64,000 nucleotides of DNA from Candidatus Thorarchaeota archaeon (GCA_016933575.1 JAFGAR010000101.1:129296-193295); one strand, 5' to 3'. Shown: positions 19,801-29,626, counted from the stretch's first letter. The notes: generated from the letters alone by a model not told the origin. Numbers and translations: made by a program.

Positions 19801-22800
19801 GTAGCATTCACATGTACGCCATCCTCTCTTGGGCTAGGCCACTACAATATTTCAATTGATAGTGGACAATGGGGAAGCATTGGTTGGAAGGACCTTAGTA
19901 TATTCATAGAGTGGACAGGAGTAGTCGATAAATTCTATAGTCAGACCATCAATACTTCAGCACGGATAACTGGTACTGATACTGACCTCTATCTTGAGAT
20001 AGCCCCAACCGCAACGTACTATCTTGACACATTTACATTCACAGCAGTCTACTATGATACAGTTGGGCTGCAAAGGATTAGTAATTTAACAAACAATGTC
20101 TTCATACTTCTCACTGCCCTAGATACTGGACATTCAGTAACTCAGAGTGATTTCACCATTGTTGAATCTGGGACAGTACCTGGTACTTACATATTCACTT
20201 TGGATAGCACTCTGTTTCCAAGTACTGATACATTCCGGTTCCAGCTTGATTTCATGTGGAAGAAGGGTGCGATCCCTAGGTATGAAAATGCAACAATGGT
20301 TGTATCATTGATTGTACTAGATCGCCCCACATATATCGACTACTCTCCCATCTCATCTACACCATACGGAGAGGATGCAGAACTTCGGTTTAGCTTTGTT
20401 GATACACTCACATCGACAAAGATTGATGATTCTGCTCAATTAATTGTGTCTTTGAACGACCTTGGAGTATCATTCTCATATTCGTTTAACGCATTAACAC
20501 ATGAATTCACACTTCTGATTGACACTGGCTCAATTGGTAGTATTGGTGTCCATATCATCCATCTGAACTTGACATGGAGTGGAAGTCCATTCTATGCATC
20601 AGTCACCAATAAACCAATTACCTTGTCAGTGATACTTCGACCTACGCAGCTTTCCCACCTGTCCTTTGCTCCAAGTCAGTGGGGAAATAACATCACCATT
20701 CAATTCGTTTATACTGATATTGTCGTTGGATCAACGGCTGGAATGTCTGGAACATTGACTCTGAATATTGCAGTTGACAAATATTCTGTTGTATATGGTC
20801 CAGAAGGGCATTTCTTTGTAACTATCAACACAACAGCGTTTGCATCTGATGGACTGTATTCAGTCACAGCTACTGTGGTTCATACAAATCCGAACTATCA
20901 GACTGCAATTGAGACCTTTGACATATCAGTTCTAAAACGTTCTACACAACTTGGTTATGATAGCCCTGATCCAGCTTCCTATGGGTCCAATGTGAGCTTG
21001 CATATCATCTACACTGATGATAGTACTGGTAGAGGAGTAGTTGGTGCAACAATTGCCGTCACAGGAAATGGCACCTATAGCTTGGTGTTGAACACTAATT
21101 ATTGGATTACCTACACAGGAGATGGGCGCTATCTTATAGAAGTCAATACAACAGCACTTGGAGTTCCTGGTGTCTACTTGTTGGAAATCGATGTGAGCTT
21201 CAGCGGAGAACCATTCTATCTTCCAGGTTCTCAGGATGTCATTGCCAGAGTTGTAGAGAGAACAACTCAGATTCTAATCACACAAACACCTGGTGAAGTA
21301 CCATTCCAAGAGAATGTTGTATTCCGATTCAAATATACTGACTTTCTATTAGGTACAAAAATCAGTATTGACCAGTCAGATATTACCCTTACTCATGGTG
21401 TATCTCACACTGTGATTACTTCTGGTCAATACACTCTCAATGAATATGCAACATATTATGAGATTATCTTTAGTTCTCTGATCATCAATCCAAGTGCACT
21501 TGAAACCGGGCATCCGATTCAGATTACAATTGATAAAGGCTCAGGAGAACCTTACTATGCTCCAAGAAGTACTTCAACATCAGTGACGATAATACAAAGA
21601 TCCACTCAAATTCTGTTACCACTCGTCGAAGATACACCATATTACGACAACATAACAATTCAATTGAGTTATATTGATTATCTAACTGAAACAGGAATTG
21701 ACGATGCATTACTTGTCATCTCAAGTGACAACTGGACTGTACCTGAATATACTCTAATACGTGAAGGAAATGGTGTTTATACAATCCTCATAAATAGCAG
21801 TTTATTTGGTGACATCGGTAATGTATACTTTGATATCACACTGAGTAAATCTGGTTCCCCATTCTATACAAGTAGGACAAGATATGATGTCCCAGCGACT
21901 ATTACAACCATCCAAACTTCTATCATTGCTGAAGCTCCAGCAGCTGGTTCTACCGCAGTTGGAGCTCCCATTGAAGTTACCATAACCCTTCGTGATTTCG
22001 ACCACGATAAGCTTCTTGAAGGTGCAATTATCTCCACGAATTGGACACAACTATTCGGAACAGGTTATACTATTGATGAATTAGGATCTGGAGTATACAC
22101 AATTACCTTAATCACTGAAGGCCTACTAGCTCAAAAGTTCACCTTTCAAGTCTGGGCGGAGAAATCTTACTATGCTACAGCGATAGCGACGGTGTCTGTT
22201 CAACCTGGAGCAGCAACTGTTGAGATATATCTGGAGAAATCAACCTATTATTCCGATTGGGGTGAAATGGTCAATATCACGTTCCAAGTGAGAGAACCAT
22301 ATTACAATACTCCAGTAACAGGAATGACTGCTACACTCCTTTGGAATGGAGTACTATATGGTTTCACAGAAGGTACGAATGGATACTATACTTTGTTACT
22401 TGATTCATCTGAGAATAATTATGGTATCTATAATCCTCGGATTACAGTTACAAAATTATACTATCAGCAGAAACAAAGAACCTTCACATTAGTCGTTTCA
22501 AAGGCCACTGGTCAGATTATACCTGAATCTTCACTCTATGAGGTCGTCGCAAACACTTCTGTGAATATTCAGATTTATCTCAACGACACCGTTTCTGCAT
22601 TACCAGTAACTACTGCTACTGTCAACATAGAATTCAATGGAACACTTTACTCTCTAACACATATTGGTGGTGGATTCTTTAGTACTAACTTACCTGTAAC
22701 CAATTTTGCTATTGGCCAGTATCCTCTGATAGTTCGCGCTAATGCAGTGAATCATGTATTCCTTGAAATCATCATAGATGTCAATATTGTGCCAATCTAC

Positions 22801-24624
22801 ACAGAATTGAAATTCACTGAATCCATATCTCTAATCACTGCATACTTTGGCGATAGTATTAACATCTTAGTGATCTATAATGATACTTACTACAATACGC
22901 TAATTTCTAATGCAAACATATCGTACACTCTTGGTAGCTTGACCGGAGTATTGACGGAAGAAGCAAATCATACCTATAGTGCATCAATTGATATTAGCTC
23001 TTTGGGTTCCCAATCGATATACCTCAGGTTGACTGCCTCAAAGGCAGGTTATGCAACTGCGCTGAGGTCAATCATTGTGACAATCCTACCAATTCCCACA
23101 TCAATAAGTGTACTACCTAGTGATGCTTTGAAGTCAGGTTACTTTGGTAATAAATTGAATTTCACATTCTTCTATAACGATTTGCAACATGGTGTCGGTA
23201 TTGCTGGTGCTAATGTTGTAGCTACTTGGGAAGGAGTTGGTTATACAGTCTATGATTTTGGAAATGGCAGATATGTCGTTCAGGTTACGTTATCAATAAC
23301 AACTCCTGGTCTATATGACTTGGCTGTAAGATTCAATCTTCAGAATTATACTGCACGTTCGATAACGACAAAAGTTGAAATCTATGCAACACCTGCACAG
23401 ATTTATGGTCCTGCAACCTACTCATCGCCTATTAATGATACAATCACTATTGAGTTCGTTATCAAGAATTCATTCACTAGTAGTATCATCTCTGACATTG
23501 TCGGAACTGCTTCTTCAGTTCAATTAGGCGATATAGACCTGCAATTACTACCAAGTGGAAACTATACTTTGAATCTTGAGGGAGACCTCCCATATGGATT
23601 CTATAGCTTTACAATTTATTTTGCTACAACAAAATACGTAATATCTCCATTCTATCTTGAAATAGAAGTTAGACAAGTAAAGAGTCAATCTCAACATGGG
23701 TCTCTAAACGTACTCACTCAACCCGGTGGTTCTGTTGAGTTTACAGTGACTTACCTAGATGCAGATCACAATCAAGGTATTCCTGGTGCTAATATCTCCT
23801 TTGTCTATGATGATAATTTAGTCCAATACTTGGAGGAGTACACTATTGATAATGATGGTACATATACCTTCTATTTCCTATCAAGAGCTGGAGGGACTGC
23901 AACGATTGAGATAACCCTTAGTAAAGATGGGTTCGACACGCAAGTTATCATTCTAAGAGTCCAATCAGATATCTCCGCCGAACAGCAGTTCCAACAGACC
24001 TTGACAATTGGTGGTGGATTTGGTATCCTCATCGTTGCCTTGCTCCTCATAGGTTATGTTAAGGTCTGGTCTATCCCCTGGTTGATTCGTCAAATGAACA
24101 GAATGATTCGTGTTCTCTCGAAGGGTCGAGTTCCAGGGCCTCCAAAAGTTAAGTCCAGACAAGATATAGCGATGGTTATCGTCAATGAAGAGATTGCATC
24201 ATTGCACCTTCAGAAACCACGAGAGGATATTGCACCTGAGCCCATTGTGACAACTGTGCCAGAAGTCAATGAACTTCTTGAAGAACTTGCTTCTATTACT
24301 GGACTTGGAGAAGCTGAGATTGAAGCTTTCCGTGCAGATCTCTCTAGGATGAAAGCCAGTGAGCGACCAGGATTCTTGAAAGAAGTCATTAATCAAGAGA
24401 GAGCTCGTCGAGCTGATGTCTTGGCAAAACCAGTAAAAGAAACAAAAACTCCAGAGCAAGTTCCTCTCTCTGAATTGCCCGGAGAACTTGAAGATCTCAA
24501 ACAGAAGCTTCTCAAGAAAGGCATGGCAAGCGATGAGATTGATATCATCATCAACGAAGCCAAGTCTCTCTCAAAGGCAGATCTCGATGCGCTTCTTGAT
24601 AGTCTTGGAATTGATCTAGATTAG
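16882..24624 (+). CDS. Giant (2580 aa) single-pass surface glycoprotein, full-length paralog of the preceding gene
   Basis: ATGA overlap with the upstream gene. Collinear shared motifs (GxGWExY, TENRTW, INLQMNG, GDPGDG/GNPGDG, SPNM, CNW, SERxGFxxEVxxQERARRA). Confidence 0.85.
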   Translation: MKTTHRLIPIMFVIVMMVAPVFLTHNPSMGMTTGQDTTSDLGTREVDIGNGEMIELAPNEILHTYVLTEQGWVEWSSTSDPLIGSEYGNSINIFNNRQMKYIPGSATTSVQTGISIGTGWEAYEARVAISSLTENRTWITNPGFEGGYTGWTRVATSNAGYSTVSASWIDDGHGTGNDCVEVDINSDSTSEPFYYDQGDDAWYQQVATVNRGTVVWAALRMNFWADTVDDTHYGMTGSFRLYANIEGTDIWRRVFSDIGAEETWYDTGLLTVNPSVFGLPGDTSITTRIGMLSLATVGYAPNIHPKARFDNIVLYMKTLVNPSEINLQMNGLSISNSGTRGICSITQTPGTPWTTSPVTLTFTWTPVPTTPNPNSEIRIDFNINVNMFARHYDLDSLYEISPTSFGERFTIQNGTNAEFTSYFRANIPTGYANRYFFNETIPIDRDVYFVAQPLAPTTNLTSGWNGGDPGDGFLNVSTYLITTEPGRYGYWRILSRSPNMISDVQLWDPNSSMWTRDADLRAGDISRVLVNVGSQYAGSLVNITLYKPDGSVWQTFSTTVNSTGYATTSSFTLSGATAPAGSWMVQATTSNVGAGGEWTSVGLFKRPFTITHESTINLQYPTDAIGTMITNVTYGDLLLIILEVEDIDSSVLVPGGTLTLDWSFGIDTFDDNGNGQYTKVIDTSELPGKGQYTMDLDWVHPSFDPSNTALTININYAATLTSPDYPGISGPVGDDQSFTTRFANVNGTGITTANLWCNWSNPYTVVPLGLGNYEFQLDMTGIPIGEYPIEVHATGPFVEPQSMLMYVEAREIYNSISYTSSQLSIPLGEAASFVLTWTDTDHNVLISGSASSISCNWTPFHSSGDTNYTVVEISPGKYNITIFTKNTDPLTGTDLITVRFNVFKTNYRSHIFDIGVAIRKRNTLFVLDAPISQTPFGSTITVLVFYQDTDLRVGIGNATNEVKITITSTEIGTVAFTCTPSSLGLGHYNISIDSGQWGSIGWKDLSIFIEWTGVVDKFYSQTINTSARITGTDTDLYLEIAPTATYYLDTFTFTAVYYDTVGLQRISNLTNNVFILLTALDTGHSVTQSDFTIVESGTVPGTYIFTLDSTLFPSTDTFRFQLDFMWKKGAIPRYENATMVVSLIVLDRPTYIDYSPISSTPYGEDAELRFSFVDTLTSTKIDDSAQLIVSLNDLGVSFSYSFNALTHEFTLLIDTGSIGSIGVHIIHLNLTWSGSPFYASVTNKPITLSVILRPTQLSHLSFAPSQWGNNITIQFVYTDIVVGSTAGMSGTLTLNIAVDKYSVVYGPEGHFFVTINTTAFASDGLYSVTATVVHTNPNYQTAIETFDISVLKRSTQLGYDSPDPASYGSNVSLHIIYTDDSTGRGVVGATIAVTGNGTYSLVLNTNYWITYTGDGRYLIEVNTTALGVPGVYLLEIDVSFSGEPFYLPGSQDVIARVVERTTQILITQTPGEVPFQENVVFRFKYTDFLLGTKISIDQSDITLTHGVSHTVITSGQYTLNEYATYYEIIFSSLIINPSALETGHPIQITIDKGSGEPYYAPRSTSTSVTIIQRSTQILLPLVEDTPYYDNITIQLSYIDYLTETGIDDALLVISSDNWTVPEYTLIREGNGVYTILINSSLFGDIGNVYFDITLSKSGSPFYTSRTRYDVPATITTIQTSIIAEAPAAGSTAVGAPIEVTITLRDFDHDKLLEGAIISTNWTQLFGTGYTIDELGSGVYTITLITEGLLAQKFTFQVWAEKSYYATAIATVSVQPGAATVEIYLEKSTYYSDWGEMVNITFQVREPYYNTPVTGMTATLLWNGVLYGFTEGTNGYYTLLLDSSENNYGIYNPRITVTKLYYQQKQRTFTLVVSKATGQIIPESSLYEVVANTSVNIQIYLNDTVSALPVTTATVNIEFNGTLYSLTHIGGGFFSTNLPVTNFAIGQYPLIVRANAVNHVFLEIIIDVNIVPIYTELKFTESISLITAYFGDSINILVIYNDTYYNTLISNANISYTLGSLTGVLTEEANHTYSASIDISSLGSQSIYLRLTASKAGYATALRSIIVTILPIPTSISVLPSDALKSGYFGNKLNFTFFYNDLQHGVGIAGANVVATWEGVGYTVYDFGNGRYVVQVTLSITTPGLYDLAVRFNLQNYTARSITTKVEIYATPAQIYGPATYSSPINDTITIEFVIKNSFTSSIISDIVGTASSVQLGDIDLQLLPSGNYTLNLEGDLPYGFYSFTIYFATTKYVISPFYLEIEVRQVKSQSQHGSLNVLTQPGGSVEFTVTYLDADHNQGIPGANISFVYDDNLVQYLEEYTIDNDGTYTFYFLSRAGGTATIEITLSKDGFDTQVIILRVQSDISAEQQFQQTLTIGGGFGILIVALLLIGYVKVWSIPWLIRQMNRMIRVLSKGRVPGPPKVKSRQDIAMVIVNEEIASLHLQKPREDIAPEPIVTTVPEVNELLEELASITGLGEAEIEAFRADLSRMKASERPGFLKEVINQERARRADVLAKPVKETKTPEQVPLSELPGELEDLKQKLLKKGMASDEIDIIINEAKSLSKADLDALLDSLGIDLD

Positions 24625-24630
24625 ATATGG

Positions 24631-24663
24631 TGAAGCTGGTTTCGAGGCCAGCTTCATTCTTCT
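24631..24663 (+). terminator. Hairpin plus pyrimidine tract after the giant-gene pair
   Basis: TGAAGCTGGTT-TCGA-GGCCAGCTTCA followed by TTCTTCT. Confidence 0.6.
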
Positions 24664-24731
24664 AATCAAATTTCATGTCTATCGAACTTGATGGAAAACA
24701 ATTAAGAGTGATTCCTTGTTCGTGTGCAACC

Positions 24732-25823
24732 ATGGACATCGATGAAAGAATCAAGCTTATTGCTGGTGTTGGCGAAGAAGTTGTCACCATAGAAGAGCTA
24801 AGGACTCTATTAGAGGAGAAGAAGAATCCAATCGCATATGATGGATTTGAACCATCCGGGATGGCACATCTTCCATTTGGCATCTACAGACCACTATTAT
24901 TGAAGGATCTTATTAAAGCTGGAATCCGATTCAAGATTTGGCTTGCTGATTGGTTTGCTTGGATCAATAATAAGATGGGCGGAGATTTAGAGAAGATAAA
25001 GACAACAGGAGATTATTTCATTGAAGTCTGGAAAGCTGCAGGAGTTCCCACTGATAAGGTTGAGTTTCTATTTGCTTCAGATGCAATGGACACCATAGAC
25101 TACTGGGAGCGTGTGATTCGTATTGCGAAGGCTACAACAATTGCCAGAGCAACCAGAGCCCTCACGATTATGGGAAGAAAAGAAGGAGAGATGTCTGAGG
25201 TGGCAGCTTACTTCTATCCTGTCATGCAAGTTGCTGATATCTTCACTCTTGAAGCTGATATCACACAACTAGGTCTTGATCAAAGACGGGCAAACATGTT
25301 AGCACGAGAAGTCGGACCTAAACTTGGACTCTGGAAACCAGTTGTAATAAGCCATCATATGCTCATCAACCTTGAAGGAGCAAAAGAACCAGAGGGCTTT
25401 GATGATGAGATGGCTCGGGATTATCATTTGATAGATTCAAAAATGAGTAAGAGCAAACCATCTTCAAGTATCTTTGTGCATGATACTACTGATGAGATTC
25501 GTTCTAAAATTATCGCAGCCTATTGTCCACCAAAAGAAGTGAACGGAAATCCACTATTGGACTATGCCAAAGAGATTATCTTTAGAAAGTATGATGATTT
25601 CACCATTGAACGAAAGACGAAGTTTGGTGGCGATGTGACCTTCACCAGTTATCAAGATCTTGAGAGTAGTTACACAAAGGGCGACCTTCATCCCATGGAT
25701 TTGAAGAATGGAATCATCCTTTATCTAGATGAAATGATTAAACCTATTCGTGAGCATTTCGAAAAGAAAGGAAGTGCTAGCGATCTATACGAGCAAGTAA
25801 AGAGCTATCAGATCACGCGATAA
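24732..25823 (+). CDS. tyrS: Tyrosine--tRNA ligase
   Basis: YDGFEPSG, ADWFAWINNKMGGD, YPVMQVADI, LGLDQRR, KMSKS, LHPMDLK. Start set at ATG 24732 (ORF track gives 24675). Confidence 0.95.
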   Translation: MDIDERIKLIAGVGEEVVTIEELRTLLEEKKNPIAYDGFEPSGMAHLPFGIYRPLLLKDLIKAGIRFKIWLADWFAWINNKMGGDLEKIKTTGDYFIEVWKAAGVPTDKVEFLFASDAMDTIDYWERVIRIAKATTIARATRALTIMGRKEGEMSEVAAYFYPVMQVADIFTLEADITQLGLDQRRANMLAREVGPKLGLWKPVVISHHMLINLEGAKEPEGFDDEMARDYHLIDSKMSKSKPSSSIFVHDTTDEIRSKIIAAYCPPKEVNGNPLLDYAKEIIFRKYDDFTIERKTKFGGDVTFTSYQDLESSYTKGDLHPMDLKNGIILYLDEMIKPIREHFEKKGSASDLYEQVKSYQITR

Positions 25824-26862
25824 TATCTGTGGGTTTGCTGGTCCTTCTTGTTCGTCTAGTTATGAATGCAAGAGCCACAAATCCTACTATAATACTAAAC
25901 CAGAGCGTGAATACACGGATTAGTATAGTTGCCGCACTTGCCAACGTTTCACTCGTTGATAGGAGGAATACTATCAAAGCCATGGATGTAATTTCGTATG
26001 TACCAACACCTCCTGGTGAGAATGTTAGTGCACCAATAATCGATGCTGCTGAATGAATAAAGGTCGCAGCTAGTAATAGGGAAAGTGACTCAATCGAAAA
26101 TGATGGTAGTGACGCATCCCGGAACAGTCCTAGAAGTATCCAGAGTTCAAGACATTCCATAAACCATCCTGGTACACTGACTGCTGTACTGATCAACATC
26201 GGTTTGGGACTTAATGTCTGAATCATAGTTGATTCAATAAGATCACAGCTGTCTTGGAATCGCTTCAGAGGACCAAATGAGGTCATCCGTTTCAATATCT
26301 TTTGATAGAATGTTCGATTTCCAAGGACAATTGCTCCAGCAAGCGCAATCCCTCCCAATAGTAGCACAGCTAGTATTTGGTCTCCTGCGTTGATACCAAA
26401 GGTAAATCCGAGAACAGCAAGTATCACTAATGCAAGAAGATCTGTAACTCGCTCTGAAACGACTACAGGCATGGTCTTCGCAACAGGTGTTCCATCATGA
26501 GTCTGCACAAAATATCCCTTTACAATTTCTCCTATTTTTCCGGGTGTAGCAGTCAGAGTGAATCCTGCAAGAAAGATGCTGAAACTATCTCTATGACTCA
26601 AGTGTACATTAATTCTATGAAGGTAGTACTGCCATTTGAAATACCTGATAATATAGTTCAGAAAGGATAGAATCATCATCAGGGGCAGGACCCAGTACCA
26701 AGGAATCGCAGCTAACGCAATCAGTACATCATCGATTTTTCCATAGAGGGCGACTAGGGCAAAGATCAACACGCTAAAGATTACAAATACGAACAGCTTC
26801 TTTGAACTGATGAACGTTGAGCCTGATAGAACCTTTTCTTCTTCACCAGGAATCATAGGCAA
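25813..26862 (-). CDS. Lysylphosphatidylglycerol synthase TM-domain / flippase-like protein (UPF0104)
   Basis: RYFKWQYYL, TPGKIGEIVK, SERVTD, SPGGVGTYE, IRVFTLW; about 8 TM helices. Confidence 0.85.
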   Translation of the reverse strand: MPMIPGEEEKVLSGSTFISSKKLFVFVIFSVLIFALVALYGKIDDVLIALAAIPWYWVLPLMMILSFLNYIIRYFKWQYYLHRINVHLSHRDSFSIFLAGFTLTATPGKIGEIVKGYFVQTHDGTPVAKTMPVVVSERVTDLLALVILAVLGFTFGINAGDQILAVLLLGGIALAGAIVLGNRTFYQKILKRMTSFGPLKRFQDSCDLIESTMIQTLSPKPMLISTAVSVPGWFMECLELWILLGLFRDASLPSFSIESLSLLLAATFIHSAASIIGALTFSPGGVGTYEITSMALIVFLLSTSETLASAATILIRVFTLWFSIIVGFVALAFITRRTRRTSKPTDIIA

Positions 26863-27532
26863 GCCTCCGTATCCTTTGCCAGAACATAGTTGGAAAATGT
26901 AAGAAGAATATCGAAGGATATCCAGTGATCTGTGTCCTTCCTCTCTTCAGTTCGTTAAAGATGTCGTCAGCACTAGTGATATCTTGCAACCAAGTTTTAG
27001 CGTGTCCCATCTCCAAAAAGGAATGGCCATCGCTTCCAGCTGTCATTGGTTTATTGAGCCTTTTCGCTAGCCTCTGTGCTCTTTTATTGAAGAGGTTAAT
27101 GATACAGCGTGAATTGATACCCTCTATGAGGTCAACATGTTTGATTATGAGTGCATCGGGCAATCCTCTCCTGATTGCAGCATATTTTCTTAGAGGATCC
27201 ATAGGATGAGGGAGAACAACAAGTCCATTCATATCATGAACATCATCCGAAATCTCTTCGAAAGTTCTGTTTTCAATATGCTCTGTGACGAATAGTCCTA
27301 TGACTTCTCCATAGTCTTTTGATTTGTACTCGCAGGCAGGAATTATGAACCGACCATCCCGTTCAATGACTTTTAGCGTAGCCGCTCTGTGGTGTTCTGT
27401 CGGAGCAACACCTCTTAGTCCCTTCTTCTTCATCATCTTAAAGAGACCATATGGGCTTTGAAAGCCGTCCTTCGAATTGAGAGTATGCATATGCAAATCA
27501 AATGCAGAAAGACGTTCACTCATTGAATTCAC
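26843..27532 (-). CDS. PHP-domain metal-dependent phosphoesterase
   Basis: DLHMHT, TEHH, LPHP, AGSDGH motifs. Start possibly ATG 27523 after GGTGA. Confidence 0.85.
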   Translation of the reverse strand: MNSMSERLSAFDLHMHTLNSKDGFQSPYGLFKMMKKKGLRGVAPTEHHRAATLKVIERDGRFIIPACEYKSKDYGEVIGLFVTEHIENRTFEEISDDVHDMNGLVVLPHPMDPLRKYAAIRRGLPDALIIKHVDLIEGINSRCIINLFNKRAQRLAKRLNKPMTAGSDGHSFLEMGHAKTWLQDITSADDIFNELKRGRTQITGYPSIFFLHFPTMFWQRIRRLAYDSW

Positions 27533-28531
27533 CTAAGGGAAAAGGGGTGGAAATAGAGTTTCCAAATAATCGAGAGCAATTTGGAACAATGATCCTACGA
27601 AATCAAGCACCATCTCCCAGAAGAACAAAGTCCAGGCTAATACCAATAGAAAGAGAATTCCTCCAATGAAAATACCCTTATCTTTGATTGCCAGATGGGG
27701 CTTTCTTCCAACCGGGCTTCCGATGTGAATTAAGTAAACGTATCTTAAGATTAATCCTGCAAGGATTGGAACTGTAAGCATTACAGGTTGTTGTTCCATC
27801 CGCTCTGCAAAGTTATTGTAGCAATAGAGTGTGTAGAATATTACAAACCATGTTGCAGACATAGAAATCCCATGATCAAGTATGGTGTCTGTGTATTGTG
27901 TAAAGACGGGTTTGTGTGTGACAGCATCTTTACCTAAGTACTGCAATTCGTTCTTACGTTTACCAAATCCGAGTACTAGTGCAAAGAAAAACACTCCAAT
28001 GACAAGCCATGATGTGAATGGAATTCTTAGCAGAACTGCTCCGGATATTGCTCTAATTACGAATCCAACAGCAATCGTTACTACATCAATAATTGCCCAT
28101 TTTCTAAGATATGCATTATAGAGTTGTGAAGTAATTATGTATAAGATAACTAAGATAAAGAAAATCCAGTAAAGAATGAAGGAAAGAAAAAGACCTCCTG
28201 CTAGAAGAATAACTGCGAATAATTTTGCTGTACTTCTCTGGATTGCTCCAGAAGGCAATGGTCTATTCCTCTTCTCTGGATGAGCCGCATCTGCTTCTAA
28301 ATCTTGGATATCATTAAGAATATATGTTGCACTTGAAACAGCACAGAAGGCCAAAAATCCTAGAATTAGTGGCAAGTGGAGGGAATAGAATCTTGTGAAA
28401 TCCAGAATTGGTGGAGTTTCAATCCATGGATATACTTGAGGTACTTGATAAAATACGATTGCCAAGAAAACAAGTAAATTCTTGTACCACTGAGCAGGTC
28501 TCATCAATCTGATAAAGTCACTAGCAGCCAT
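27533..28531 (-). CDS. UbiA-family polyprenyl-phosphate phosphoribosyltransferase (DPPR-synthase-like)
   Basis: RPAQWYKNLLVF, YILNDIQDLEADAAHPEKRNRPLPSG, GFVIRAISG and GKRKNEL match the decaprenyl-phosphate phosphoribosyltransferase subfamily. Confidence 0.85.
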   Translation of the reverse strand: MAASDFIRLMRPAQWYKNLLVFLAIVFYQVPQVYPWIETPPILDFTRFYSLHLPLILGFLAFCAVSSATYILNDIQDLEADAAHPEKRNRPLPSGAIQRSTAKLFAVILLAGGLFLSFILYWIFFILVILYIITSQLYNAYLRKWAIIDVVTIAVGFVIRAISGAVLLRIPFTSWLVIGVFFFALVLGFGKRKNELQYLGKDAVTHKPVFTQYTDTILDHGISMSATWFVIFYTLYCYNNFAERMEQQPVMLTVPILAGLILRYVYLIHIGSPVGRKPHLAIKDKGIFIGGILFLLVLAWTLFFWEMVLDFVGSLFQIALDYLETLFPPLFP

Positions 28532-28546
28532 TCTGGATTCTCCTAT

Positions 28547-29626
28547 TTATTCTGTATACGAATTCCAAAGAGCACCCCATTCAGTTTCCTCGAGGAACCA
28601 TTTGACCCATTTCTTACCCTTCAAAGGAAGCCAAATTCCATCATGATAGAGACCTGAAAGCTGTGTCGGAAGCCACATCAATGGTGACTTAAACAAGAAT
28701 GTTTCCATCCCCGGGAATTTTAAGAAACCACGATTCCATGTAATAACAGGGCTCTTTCCTGTACTAAGATGGAAGTTAGGGAGATCTTCCCATGATTCAA
28801 AATCACCCACGATTTCAATCTTTTCTGGATCAGACTCTCCTAGTCCCAAGTCTTTAGCAATTCGAAGTTTATGAACAAGTCTTTGATCAATGCCCATTAG
28901 ACGTGTTTGGACCGTATCTGCTGCGACCATATCGCTGGTAGCTATAAGCACGTTGCCAACCTTAGGAATCATAGTTCTTGGGCCTGCGCCATCTCCAATG
29001 ATCGTACCATCAGTCAAGACATATTCAGAATGCGAGATTGTTTGTTGCAAGAGTAGTAAGTCCACAAGTACTTCATGGATCTTAAGATGTGCAAGATGTC
29101 TATTCTTTGTCAGATAGAGCCCAAATGAGTCCTTTAATGCACCCGTCATCTGAGTGTGTCCATGCGTCTTGACTGTTGGAAGATGGATAATATTCGTACC
29201 AAAGATTTCCTTTGGTGCAATCGTTTCACCAAAGATGTCCTTCAGGACAAGTGTTTTTTTAGGCAAGTCAACATCGACATAGGTTGCATTGATTAGTGGC
29301 AGAAACTTGATTCCATGTTTCTTGATTACTGGATACCAGTTATTATTCCTAACTCCCGCGAATATGTTTGTTACAACTGTTTCGTTCTCAACAGCTTGGA
29401 TTTTCCGATTGTCAAAACCATCCGCAATTAATTTTCTAAGTAGCCCATCAAAGATGTAGGGATTAGTCGAACACGCTGGATACAATTTGCTCCAAGACAG
29501 GTTCAATTTGATAGTTGTGGCGACATCTTTCGATACGAACTTATCATAATCTGATAAGTCCATGACCCTAGCTATATCATCAAATATTGTCTTTGGATTT
29601 GTTTTAACAACAGCAACCTTTGGCAT
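28547..29626 (-). CDS. DUF362 family protein
   Basis: IKLNL, TNP, LPTVKTHGHTQMTGALKD, DGTIIGDGAGP, DMVAAD. Confidence 0.8.
   Translation of the reverse strand: MPKVAVVKTNPKTIFDDIARVMDLSDYDKFVSKDVATTIKLNLSWSKLYPACSTNPYIFDGLLRKLIADGFDNRKIQAVENETVVTNIFAGVRNNNWYPVIKKHGIKFLPLINATYVDVDLPKKTLVLKDIFGETIAPKEIFGTNIIHLPTVKTHGHTQMTGALKDSFGLYLTKNRHLAHLKIHEVLVDLLLLQQTISHSEYVLTDGTIIGDGAGPRTMIPKVGNVLIATSDMVAADTVQTRLMGIDQRLVHKLRIAKDLGLGESDPEKIEIVGDFESWEDLPNFHLSTGKSPVITWNRGFLKFPGMETFLFKSPLMWLPTQLSGLYHDGIWLPLKGKKWVKWFLEETEWGALWNSYTE

Noticed and set aside
9056-24624. Many short antisense or off-frame ORFs inside the giant genes (and similar ones throughout the window)
   Set aside because: They lie fully within long, motif-bearing CDSs and show no RBS or recognisable motifs.
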